Assembly: GCA_004321885.1 (NCBI GenBank)
Contig: SCQK01000014.1
Span: forward strand, 95,464-159,463
Length of the DNA stretch: 64,000 nucleotides
Reading direction: 5' to 3'
Origin: Patescibacteria group bacterium
GTDB taxonomy: Bacteria > Patescibacteriota > Patescibacteriia > Magasanikbacterales > GWA2-37-8
Shown: positions 9,257 through 16,890 of the stretch, one piece after another
Layout: every line of letters starts with the position of its first letter
Position numbering within the stretch: the stretch's first letter is position 1
Translations under genes and position numbers: made by a program
Notes under the pieces: model-generated
Database searches by the model: none
Told to the model about the DNA's origin: nothing
The model's input: only the letters and a program-made list of their open reading frames with translations

Positions 9257-9895
9257 CTAAAACAATATCGCCGCATGCGGCATTCTCGCTTTCAAAGTCC
9301 TAATCGCGCTCTTGGGAATGGGATTGCCGATAAGGTTCAGCTCGGTCAGATTTTTTAATCCGGCGATGCCGGCGGGAACGGACGTTAATTTGTTGTAAGA
9401 AAAATCCAAAATTTGCAGTGATTTAATTTCTAAAATTTTTGCCGGGATTGAGCGGTAGGTATTTTTGGCCAGAGATAAATGTGTGAGTTTTTTCAGGTTG
9501 GCGATTTCATCGGGCATGGTGTCAATTTTGTTTTCGCCGTAGTTTAGGGTTTCCAGGTTGCCGAGCTGGCCGATTTCGGCCGGGATGCCGGTCATATTAT
9601 TATTGCTCGCGTCCAAGAATTTCAAATTTTGCAAATGGCGGATTTCGGCCGGCAAGGCGCCGGTGAGATTGTTGCCGGACAAGTCCAAAATTTCCAGCGC
9701 GGTTTTGCTAAAAATATCCATGGGTACTTTGGATAAGCCGCGCTCGCTAAGGTCAAGCTGGGTCTGGCTTTGCGGTATGCGCGGCGCGAAAGTTTTCAGC
9801 GCCCCATCCCGCGATTTGGCAAAGTATAAAATACCGGCCGCGGCCACAACGAGCAAAGCAATAATCGCTCCAAGCGTTACTTTTTTTTGAGGCAT
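9257..9895 (-). CDS. Membrane-anchored leucine-rich-repeat (LRR) protein
   Basis: Tandem LxxLxLxxNxL repeats (LDLSGNNLTG, LDASNNNMTG, LSLAKNTYRS, LDFSYNKLTS). Start at MPQKK (9895) chosen because the upstream ORF-track extension to 9994 is encoded by a family-D repeat. Confidence 0.75.
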   Translation of the reverse strand: MPQKKVTLGAIIALLVVAAAGILYFAKSRDGALKTFAPRIPQSQTQLDLSERGLSKVPMDIFSKTALEILDLSGNNLTGALPAEIRHLQNLKFLDASNNNMTGIPAEIGQLGNLETLNYGENKIDTMPDEIANLKKLTHLSLAKNTYRSIPAKILEIKSLQILDFSYNKLTSVPAGIAGLKNLTELNLIGNPIPKSAIRTLKARMPHAAILF

Positions 9896-9907
9896 ATATT
9901 TGTGGTT

Positions 9908-9987
9908 CCTCTCCCCTTTACAAGGGGGAGGCTTGTCACCACACCAAAAATTTTGGTGTGGTGACAGAGAGGGGGTAATCCTCTCAC
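9908..9987. repeat. Family-D palindromic repeat (CACACCAAAAATTTTGGTGTG core flanked by CCCCT/AGGGG arms)
   Basis: Near-identical core to 26953..27025; generates an N-terminal ORF extension of the LRR gene. Confidence 0.85.
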
Positions 9988-10232
9988 ATTTCAATATCTT
10001 TTCTCATTTCCGCGAATTGCGCTTTGGTTATTTCGCCTTTGACGTATCTCTCTTTGAGAATGGCGAGCGCGTCGGCGCGCGTTGGGCTAGTTCTGGGCGG
10101 TTCGTGGTCGCGGCGCTCGCGCGAACCCTGCACCAGTGAAACAATACCCCATATCAGCGCCATCCAAAAAAGCAGCATAAACACCGGGCCGATAATTCCG
10201 TATCCTCCCCAGTTGGTAAATGGGAACATCAT
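9984..10232 (-). CDS. SHOCT-domain small membrane protein
   Basis: One TM plus C-terminal ILKERYVKGEITKAQFAEMRKDI, the SHOCT signature. Confidence 0.7.
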   Translation of the reverse strand: MMFPFTNWGGYGIIGPVFMLLFWMALIWGIVSLVQGSRERRDHEPPRTSPTRADALAILKERYVKGEITKAQFAEMRKDIEM

Positions 10233-10240
10233 AAATTATT

Positions 10241-10275
10241 GTCATTCCGGTCGCCTGCGGCGGCCGGAATCCAGT
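10241..10275. repeat. Family-B repeat
   Basis: GTCATTCCGGTCGCCTGCGGCGGCCGGAATCCAGT. Confidence 0.85.
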
Positions 10276-10321
10276 TAATTAGCTCATTCTATCTTAACAG
10301 ATTATAATTTTTTGTCCATAA

Positions 10322-10349
10322 TTGACATTTTCGCTATTTTTTTCTATAA
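10322..10349 (+). promoter_or_regulatory. Consensus sigma70-type promoter (TTGACA-17-TATAAT) driving GIY-YIG ORF / tRNA-Asn
   Basis: TTGACAttttcgctatttttttcTATAAT seen directly. Confidence 0.65.
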
Positions 10350-10353
10350 TAGT

Positions 10354-10383
10354 TGTCATTCCGGACTTGATCCGGAATCCAGC
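10354..10383. repeat. Family-B repeat just downstream of promoter 10322
   Basis: TGTCATTCCGGACTTGATCCGGAATCCAGC. Confidence 0.85.
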
Positions 10384-10444
10384 TCCTTTGAAAATAAATT
10401 CCGGGGTAGCGCTCCGCCAGCCGGCGGAGGTAGCGCAGTTGGCT

Positions 10445-10693
10445 GTGTATACTGTTTACGCTATTTACAATCAAAAAAACGATAAAATTTATATTGGACA
10501 AACAAAAGACATGGCCGAACGATTAAGGTTGCATAATGAAAAAATCCTTCTTGGTTATACTTATAGATTTGATGGAAATTGGAAATTAATTTATAGTGTA
10601 CAGATCGAGAATAGACAAAAAGCTTTACAAAGAGAGAGACAACTTAAAAGTTTTAGAGGCAGAGAATTTATAAAACAATTTATTCCGGGGTAG
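10445..10693 (+). CDS. GIY-YIG nuclease-domain protein (stand-alone, YhbQ/UPF0213-like)
   Basis: VYTVYAIYNQKNDKIYIGQTKDMAERLRLHN is a canonical GIY-YIG motif with Arg and downstream Glu (IENRQKA). GTG start at 10445 with GGAGG 14 nt upstream; the ORF track begins at TTG 10322 inside the promoter. Its stop codon lies inside tRNA-Asn. Confidence 0.65.
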   Translation: MYTVYAIYNQKNDKIYIGQTKDMAERLRLHNEKILLGYTYRFDGNWKLIYSVQIENRQKALQRERQLKSFRGREFIKQFIPG

Positions 10694-10755
10694 CGCAGCG
10701 GTAGCGCAGAGGACTGTTAATCCTTTGGTCGTGGGTTCGAATCCCACCCCCGGAG
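10684..10755 (+). tRNA. tRNA-Asn (anticodon GTT)
   Basis: Cloverleaf by hand: acceptor TCCGGGG/CCCCGGA, D-arm GCGC-AGCGGTA-GCGC, anticodon loop CTGTTAA, T-arm GTGGG-TTCGAAT-CCCAC, discriminator G; no encoded CCA. Confidence 0.85.
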
Positions 10756-10761
10756 CAAAAA

Positions 10762-10888
10762 CAAAAATACTGGTAATATCCAGTATTTTTGCTTTTGCTC
10801 GGAATACACGAAAAAATACGAACGGATTTGGGCGAATTTTAGGGCGCGGGCGAAATTCCCTCCCCACACCCCTTCCTTTCGCCCGCGA
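10762..10888. repeat. Left terminal inverted repeat of island
   Basis: Reverse complement of 15960..16086; spurious ORFs 10625..10924(-) and 15902..16105(+) share the peptide GRGVGREFRPRPKIRPNPFV because of it. Confidence 0.85.
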
Positions 10889-11065
10889 AGCGAAACGGGG
10901 GCTCTGGTGGACAAAAACTGCCAAAGAACCCGTAAAAAATGTCGGCCGAACTTTATGTTGGCCAAAAGCAAACTTTTCTCTTTGATATTGAATTACGATT
11001 GTTAAAGTGATATAATCAAGTCAATGAGCGTCCCATTCTTGCTATCTTATGTATACTATCATACT

Positions 11066-11272
11066 ATGGAAGAAAAGAAAACAATCGGCGAAAAAATAAA
11101 AAAATGGAGAGCGAAGAAAGATTTGACACAAGACGCCTTGGCAAAAAAGGCGGATATTCCATATAGCACGATTGCTAAAATTGAATCAGATGTTATTACG
11201 AGGCCAACAATACAGACAGTGCAAAAGCTGGCCGTTGGTTTGGGTATAACACTTGATGAATTATTAAAATAG
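11066..11272 (+). CDS. XRE-family helix-turn-helix transcriptional regulator
   Basis: IKKWRAKKDLTQDALAKKADIPYSTIAKIESD is a Cro/C1-type HTH. Extended -10 promoter (TGaTATAAT) with TTGAAT -35 at about 10989-11017. Confidence 0.8.
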   Translation: MEEKKTIGEKIKKWRAKKDLTQDALAKKADIPYSTIAKIESDVITRPTIQTVQKLAVGLGITLDELLK

Positions 11273-11273
11273 T

Positions 11274-12155
11274 ATGGTTAAAGGTCACAAAGTGAAAAAT
11301 GAAAAAATCGATAAAAAAATAGCTTTTGGTTGGTATGGCGGTAAGTTTAGTCATCTTGACTGGCTTTTGCCGCTGTTGCCGGAAACCGATCATTTTTGTG
11401 AGCCGTTTGGTGGCTCTGCTGCCGTTATCATAAACAGAAATCCTTCTTTAATCGAAACATATAATGATTTAGATGGCGAGGTAGTTAATTTCTTCAGAGT
11501 ATTAAGGGAACATCCTAACGATCTTATAAGACAAATTGGGCTTACTCCATTTTCGAGGGAAGAATTCAAATATGCTATTGAACACGAAGATGATAAAAAT
11601 CTTTCAGATATTGAGAGGGCTAGGTCTTTTTTTATCCGCGCAAGGCAGGTTAGGACTGGACTTGCTCAAAAAGCTACTTCTGGTAGATGGGCAAATTGTA
11701 AATTAACTTCCAGAGCCGGAATGTCAGGTGCGGTCTCGAGGTGGTTGGGAAGTGTTGACGGGCTAACAGAGATTGCGGAAAGGCTTTTACGAATACAAAT
11801 TGAAAATGCTCCTGCAATTGAAGTTGTAAGGCGATATGATAGCCCACAGACCTTATTTTACTGTGATCCTCCGTATACACATGATTCTCGAGGTGATATA
11901 AATGCCTATAAATTTGAAATGGACAGGGATGCGCATGTCGAACTGGCCGAAACACTAAAACAGGTTAAGGGGTTAGTCGCTATATCGGGTTACGACTCTC
12001 CCCTAATGAACGAGCTGTATCAAGGATGGAAAAAAATCGCTGGGCCAGTAAAAAATGCAAATTCTATACAACAACCTAGACAAGAAATTTTATGGGTTAA
12101 TTATAATATTAATGATAAATCTTTATGGAAAAAGCAGCAAAGATCCTTGATATAA
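11274..12155 (+). CDS. Dam-family (D12 class) N6-adenine DNA methyltransferase
   Basis: N-terminal WYGGK...EPFGGSAAV (SAM-binding motif I) and catalytic DPPY (FYCDPPYTHDS). Confidence 0.85.
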   Translation: MVKGHKVKNEKIDKKIAFGWYGGKFSHLDWLLPLLPETDHFCEPFGGSAAVIINRNPSLIETYNDLDGEVVNFFRVLREHPNDLIRQIGLTPFSREEFKYAIEHEDDKNLSDIERARSFFIRARQVRTGLAQKATSGRWANCKLTSRAGMSGAVSRWLGSVDGLTEIAERLLRIQIENAPAIEVVRRYDSPQTLFYCDPPYTHDSRGDINAYKFEMDRDAHVELAETLKQVKGLVAISGYDSPLMNELYQGWKKIAGPVKNANSIQQPRQEILWVNYNINDKSLWKKQQRSLI

Positions 12156-13246
12156 TTTTGAAAAAAACTAATGGGCATCTAGAAAAACCTTTTATAAAAA
12201 ATAGGGAGATTTTGCGGAAAATAGAATTTATTTCTCATAATATTCAAAATCGAGCCGGCGTCCGCCTTATTATGTCTTGCTTACTGGCGAAACTTGACGA
12301 TCCAAAAGTTGATGTAAGAAAACCTTATACGGAGATTGGCAGTCGTGATAGTTTTTCGGGCAGAACATATGACGAGGCCTATGTCGGCAGTTTTATCACT
12401 AAACATCACTTGCCGTGTAATCCAACAACAGCGTTTTTGACGCCAGCTCTACGTAATAGAAATATTGTACTTACGCCAAAAGTAAATTTAGTCGGCAGGC
12501 CACCAGAAATTTATCAATACGTTCTCGACCTCCTAGAATTAGTATTTAAAGGATTTCTTGCCCCAGCCATTCTGCTTGCGGAAATAATGCGACAACTTGT
12601 TCTTTTACGAGATGAAAATCAAAAACGTATAAAATCTTTGTTAAAGAATCTCGGGAAAAATGGTAGTGTGCCTCTTTCGGGTGAAGACATAATAAAACTT
12701 ATTGAGCAACATTTAAATTGCAAAGGAGCCAGCAGACTTCCCGTACTTATCGTGGCCGCTGCTTACAACACTATTGGAAATTTCATCCAAGAAAAAGTAT
12801 TACCTATCTTTTCTCACAATTCTGCAGATAAACAAACTGGTGCGCTCGGCGATATACAAATTACGTTAATTAATGACGAGAATGTAGTAACTAGTTATGA
12901 GATGAAGATGAAGAAGGTCACAAAGGACGACATTGATATCGCTCTGCAAAAAATTTCGGGAGTTAAGTACAAAATAGATAATTATATTTTTATAACGACG
13001 GATATAATAGATGATTCGGTAAAAGAATATGCGAAATCACTTTATGAGCAAACCGGCGGAATAGAGATAGTTGTCTTAGATTGTATTAGTTTTCTTAGGC
13101 ATTTTATTCATTTATTCCACCGCTTCAGATTGCCATATCTTGAAGAGTATCAAAAGTTGGTGATGGGTGAAGCAGACAGCGCGGTCAGTCAGCCCCTTAA
13201 AGAGGCATTTCTTGCTCTTCGACAGGCAACAGAAAGCGCGAATTAA
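12125..13246 (+). CDS. Putative type II restriction endonuclease (PD-(D/E)xK) cognate to the Dam-like MTase
   Basis: Overlaps MTase stop (translational coupling). GD-x17-YEMKMK fits a D...ExK nuclease core. No family recognised by eye; assignment is by context. Confidence 0.45.
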   Translation: MEKAAKILDIILKKTNGHLEKPFIKNREILRKIEFISHNIQNRAGVRLIMSCLLAKLDDPKVDVRKPYTEIGSRDSFSGRTYDEAYVGSFITKHHLPCNPTTAFLTPALRNRNIVLTPKVNLVGRPPEIYQYVLDLLELVFKGFLAPAILLAEIMRQLVLLRDENQKRIKSLLKNLGKNGSVPLSGEDIIKLIEQHLNCKGASRLPVLIVAAAYNTIGNFIQEKVLPIFSHNSADKQTGALGDIQITLINDENVVTSYEMKMKKVTKDDIDIALQKISGVKYKIDNYIFITTDIIDDSVKEYAKSLYEQTGGIEIVVLDCISFLRHFIHLFHRFRLPYLEEYQKLVMGEADSAVSQPLKEAFLALRQATESAN

Positions 13247-13327
13247 TGCAATAAAATAGTAAAAATGCAACCTTTTTCGGTGTGCGACGTTATATTATTG
13301 GGAGCTAAATATGACGATTATTAAAAA

Positions 13328-13984
13328 GTGTTTATCTTTATGGATATTGAAGCCGAAAAAGAACAAATCGTGAAGGCCCAAAGTAATATCAAGGAGTTTG
13401 CGCCTTTATTTGATGAATATTACCCCCAAATACTTAAATATTTAATAGGGCGTATCCGCAGTGTGGAAATTGCCCAGGATATTGCATCTGTTACATTCTT
13501 GAAAGCCTTAGAGAATATAAAAAAATTTAACTGTCGGGGGATTAGCATATCATCGTGGCTGTACCGAATAGCTACGAACGAGGTCACTACATATTTTAGA
13601 AAAAATAAAACCCTTTCACTCGATGAGATAAGGGCATGTGAAAATTTTGATCCGCCCGCTATCGGCAACCCGTACATTGAAATTGTCCAGGCGCAGGAAA
13701 AAATTGAAAATGATAAAAAATTTTTGAATCTACAAAATGAGATTCTAAAATTACATATAAATTATCAAGAAGTCATAATGTTGCGATATTTCGAGAAAAA
13801 ACAAATAAATGAGATAGCAGAAATTTTAAATAAAAGCGAGGGGACGATTAAATCTCTCCTCCATCGAGGTTTGAAAAAATTAAAAAAAAATTTTCAACTA
13901 CACAACAGTGACGCCAGAACGCAACCTTTTCAAAATAAAAACGTTCTAAATATAGAACAGGTACTAGTACCCATAAAATTATGA
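13328..13984 (+). CDS. ECF-subfamily RNA polymerase sigma factor
   Basis: Region 2 (ISSWLYRIATNEV) and region 4 HTH (INEIAEILNKSEGTIKSLLHRGLKKLK). Confidence 0.8.
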   Translation: MFIFMDIEAEKEQIVKAQSNIKEFAPLFDEYYPQILKYLIGRIRSVEIAQDIASVTFLKALENIKKFNCRGISISSWLYRIATNEVTTYFRKNKTLSLDEIRACENFDPPAIGNPYIEIVQAQEKIENDKKFLNLQNEILKLHINYQEVIMLRYFEKKQINEIAEILNKSEGTIKSLLHRGLKKLKKNFQLHNSDARTQPFQNKNVLNIEQVLVPIKL

Positions 13985-14223
13985 ATGACCTACAGGAGTT
14001 AGAAAAAATGTTAGAGGAGATCGAGGTTCCGTCTGTGGACTTAAATATAAATAAGGAGTTGTTGAAGAGTTACCTATTTAGAAATGAGCGGGTTGAATTT
14101 GAGAGCAGCAAACAAGATAACTCCATATTTGCCCCGCAGTTTGAATTTTTACCTTGTCCGTCATTTACGTATGATTATTTAATTAATGATTTTAATTCAA
14201 CTACATATGTCCTTAGTTATTAA
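13981..14223 (+). CDS. Small hypothetical protein (80 aa), start overlaps sigma-factor stop (ATGA); possible anti-sigma/adaptor
   Basis: ATGA overlap with upstream sigma gene and 17-38 nt overlap with downstream hydrolase. No TM segment and no recognisable domain. Confidence 0.4.
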   Translation: MNDLQELEKMLEEIEVPSVDLNINKELLKSYLFRNERVEFESSKQDNSIFAPQFEFLPCPSFTYDYLINDFNSTTYVLSY

Positions 14224-15169
14224 TGTAACCACACCCGAAGGAATTGTGTTAGCAGCTGATAGTCGTCAAAGCTACCGCAACCAAAAAGGCGCAGCCCGTA
14301 TAGGCAGCGATAACGCTTCGAAACTGTTTAAATTAAACGACCGGATAGCTGTTGCAGCTACAGGCATGGCCTTTTTACCTGAAAAAGGAATGCTTAAAAA
14401 TATAAGTAAATTTATAGAACAATTTAAAAAAATTGAAATTGAAAAAATAGAAAATATATCAGTTAAGGAAACGGCAGAAAAAATTCATGAATATTTCAAA
14501 AGTATATACAAAGTAGAAGACCAGATAAGGGCAATTGAGCAGCAAATTACAAATGATATCGCAAAAAACGGGGGTAAAATATTGAGAACAGACGCTAAAA
14601 AAAATATAGTTATTGTAGAGTTTGAAGATGCAAATGGGAAAAAAGGTGTTGCCAACGTAGTTCTGGAGCCCTTGAATTTCATGGTGGCTGGTTTTAATAG
14701 CAATTTCGATTCGCACGAGGTTTACACGTGTAGAATACCGGGGGGGATAGAATTAAAAAGAAATAGTAGCGTGGATAATAAAGAGTATGGCGCCTCGTGG
14801 GAAGGGCAAAATGATGTGGTAGCGCGAATTGTCTTGGGTTTTGATCCTAGGATAGGGAATATAAAATTTGTACAAGAAGCAGCGGAAAAAATTGGGAAGG
14901 ATCAAATTAATGAACAGCTTAGAAATTTAGAATACGCAATACAATGGGGCACCATGACTTTGCAAGATGCTATCGACTTTTGTGTGTTAATTATAAAAAC
15001 AACCTCAGCCATTCAAAGATTTTCGGATGGCATTAAAGCTGATCCTGGTGCAATCCCTGGCGTGGGCGGCTCCATCGATGTGGTGGTCATCAGACCAGAA
15101 GAGGGGTTTAATTGGGTAAGTAAAAAGAAGTTATCTATCAATGAAAATTGTTCAGAAATAAATTTTTAA
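14186..15169 (+). CDS. Proteasome-beta/HslV-like Ntn threonine hydrolase (elongated, 327 aa)
   Basis: After a short propeptide (MILIQLHMSLVINV) the sequence TTPEGIVLAADSRQS...SKLFKLNDRIAVAATGMA matches the proteasome-beta N-terminal nucleophile Thr plus the Lys33 region. C-terminal GVGGSIDVVVIRPEEG matches the beta-subunit SGG...VxVI motif. About 100 aa inserted between. Confidence 0.65.
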   Translation: MILIQLHMSLVINVTTPEGIVLAADSRQSYRNQKGAARIGSDNASKLFKLNDRIAVAATGMAFLPEKGMLKNISKFIEQFKKIEIEKIENISVKETAEKIHEYFKSIYKVEDQIRAIEQQITNDIAKNGGKILRTDAKKNIVIVEFEDANGKKGVANVVLEPLNFMVAGFNSNFDSHEVYTCRIPGGIELKRNSSVDNKEYGASWEGQNDVVARIVLGFDPRIGNIKFVQEAAEKIGKDQINEQLRNLEYAIQWGTMTLQDAIDFCVLIIKTTSAIQRFSDGIKADPGAIPGVGGSIDVVVIRPEEGFNWVSKKKLSINENCSEINF

Positions 15170-15193
15170 TAAATTATTTTTAACTAATAGTTT

Positions 15194-15838
15194 ATGAAAA
15201 AACCTCTTTATATAATGCTCCATCACTCGGCTGTTTCATACGACAAAAATCCAGATCAATTTGATGCAAATAATAATTACCATAAAGCACAGTGGAATTT
15301 TAAAGGTTCCCTTGGTTTTTATCTTGGTTACAATTACGAAATATCTAAAACCGGCCTGACACGACAAGCCCGAGCAGACGGTGAAGTTACGGCAGCATGC
15401 TATCAAAAAGATATGAACGATGGTAGGTGTATACATATTTGTATGGATGGCCACTTCGATCAAGAAAAACCAACGCCAGAACAAATAGAGGCGTTAAGAA
15501 AATTGCTAAAACAAAAATTCGAGGAGCACAATATCAAAAGAGAGAACTTAATTTTTCATAGGGATTACGCCCCTAAAACCTGTCCGGGGTCTAATTTAGA
15601 CATAAAAAATATTCGCGATCTTGCCACACCGGAAGGCAATGAATTGTACGCAGCCGCATTGACGCTTATGAAAGAGAATAATTCACCAGCTATTTACTTT
15701 TTCGGTTTTGATAATATGTGGCACGGACTTGGGGATATGGATATTTTAAAATCATTAAAAGGAAACTATAATCCAGTAGAAATAATGAAAGTAGAAAATC
15801 TCCCTGATAATATTTCATTTTCAATAGGCAAACAATAA
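15194..15838 (+). CDS. N-acetylmuramoyl-L-alanine amidase (Amidase_2/PGRP fold, zinc-dependent)
   Basis: IMLHHSA ... HICMDGHFD ... HRDYAPKTCPG carries the His/His/Cys zinc ligands of the T7-lysozyme/PGRP family. Confidence 0.75.
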   Translation: MKKPLYIMLHHSAVSYDKNPDQFDANNNYHKAQWNFKGSLGFYLGYNYEISKTGLTRQARADGEVTAACYQKDMNDGRCIHICMDGHFDQEKPTPEQIEALRKLLKQKFEEHNIKRENLIFHRDYAPKTCPGSNLDIKNIRDLATPEGNELYAAALTLMKENNSPAIYFFGFDNMWHGLGDMDILKSLKGNYNPVEIMKVENLPDNISFSIGKQ

Positions 15839-15959
15839 AAAGCTGCGTTTCCGCCAAAGCCGAGCGAAGCTCGGTATCCCGCCGCAACAAGTAGCGTCGG
15901 GATGAAAAACTGGAAATCGTCATTCGTCGGAGATCCCTCCGCCCAAGGCGGGCAGGCAC

Positions 15960-16086
15960 CGCGGGCGGAAGGAAGGGGTGTGGGGAGGGAATTCCGCCCG
16001 CGCCCTAAAATTCGCCCAAATCCGTTCGTATCTTTTCATAAGTCCCGAGCAAAAGTAAAAATACTGGTAATATCCAGTATTTTTTG
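15960..16086. repeat. Right terminal inverted repeat of island
   Basis: See left IR. Confidence 0.85.
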
Positions 16087-16110
16087 TTACTATGTTAGTA
16101 AATAAAATTT

Positions 16111-16734
16111 ATGCTTGGCCTGACAAAATCCGAACTGAAAATTTTAAAAAGACTCAACACGCCCATAAAAATTCAGAATTTTTTGGATACCTTTCCGATA
16201 AATTGGGAAAAGAAAGGCGAGACATACATGTCGCCCGGCCGGTCGCTTGGCGCGCGCAAGATACATTGTTTTGAGGGCGCGCTTTTGGCGGCCGCGGCTT
16301 TGTGGATAAACGGCGAACAGCCGTTGCTTTTAGACCTAAAAGCCAAAGGCGACTTTGACCATGTGGTGGCGCTGTACAAACGAAACGGCTATTGGGGGGC
16401 GATAAGCAAAACCAATCACGCCACTCTGCGTTGGCGCGACCCGGTGTATAAAACCCTGCGTGAGCTGGCCGTGTCGTATTTCCACGAATACTTTGACAAC
16501 AAGTTTTACAAAAAACGCCTGGTCAGTTTTTCCCGGCCGTTTAACTTAAAAAAATACGGCGCCAAGTGGATGGCGGCCGAAGAAGACCTGCACGAGCTGG
16601 TGGATGCTTTGGACCACTGCCCGCACGAAAAAATCTGCCCGCCCAAAAACGCGAAATATATCCGCCGGGCGGACAAAATGGAGCGTCGCGCCGGCCGGCT
16701 GATTGAGTGGAAAAAATCTCATCCGCGTACTTGA
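16111..16734 (+). CDS. Hypothetical protein; possible transglutaminase-like/papain-fold cysteine peptidase
   Basis: KIHCFEGALLAAAAL ... DFDHVVALY ... resembles a Cys-His-(Asp) transglutaminase-like core; weak. Confidence 0.3.
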   Translation: MLGLTKSELKILKRLNTPIKIQNFLDTFPINWEKKGETYMSPGRSLGARKIHCFEGALLAAAALWINGEQPLLLDLKAKGDFDHVVALYKRNGYWGAISKTNHATLRWRDPVYKTLRELAVSYFHEYFDNKFYKKRLVSFSRPFNLKKYGAKWMAAEEDLHELVDALDHCPHEKICPPKNAKYIRRADKMERRAGRLIEWKKSHPRT

Positions 16735-16890
16735 CGTTAGTAGGCGCGTCTCCGATATGGGGCGCGCTGTTTGCGCGGAGTAAGATTTTTTGCTATAATG
16801 GAAATGAGCGAAAATAATAAATTGCTTGCAGTTTACTATTGAGCGAATGACATTATATGTGGCCGTAGGCCACCTATACTAATTTCATTT

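Larger units (their letters stand above)
10762..16086. mobile_element. AT-rich ~5.3-kb genomic island bounded by ~115-bp inverted repeats, inserted immediately 3' of tRNA-Asn
   Basis: IR-L at 10762..10888 and IR-R at 15960..16086 are reverse complements (about 90% identity), each ending distally in hairpin AAAAATACTGGTAATATCCAGTATTTTT. The interior is markedly more AT-rich than the flanks and carries an R-M pair, ECF sigma, Ntn hydrolase and amidase. No integrase or transposase inside. Confidence 0.7.

Noticed and set aside
10625-10924. ORF 10625..10924(-) and ORF 15902..16105(+) sharing peptide GRGVGREFRPRPKIRPNPFV
   Set aside because: Both lie entirely within the island's terminal inverted repeats and one overlaps the tRNA; the shared peptide is a by-product of the IR.
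10762-16086. Prophage interpretation of the island (amidase resembles an endolysin)
   Set aside because: No integrase, capsid, terminase, portal or holin genes; the size of 5.3 kb is too small. Retained only as a phage-derived or defence-type island.
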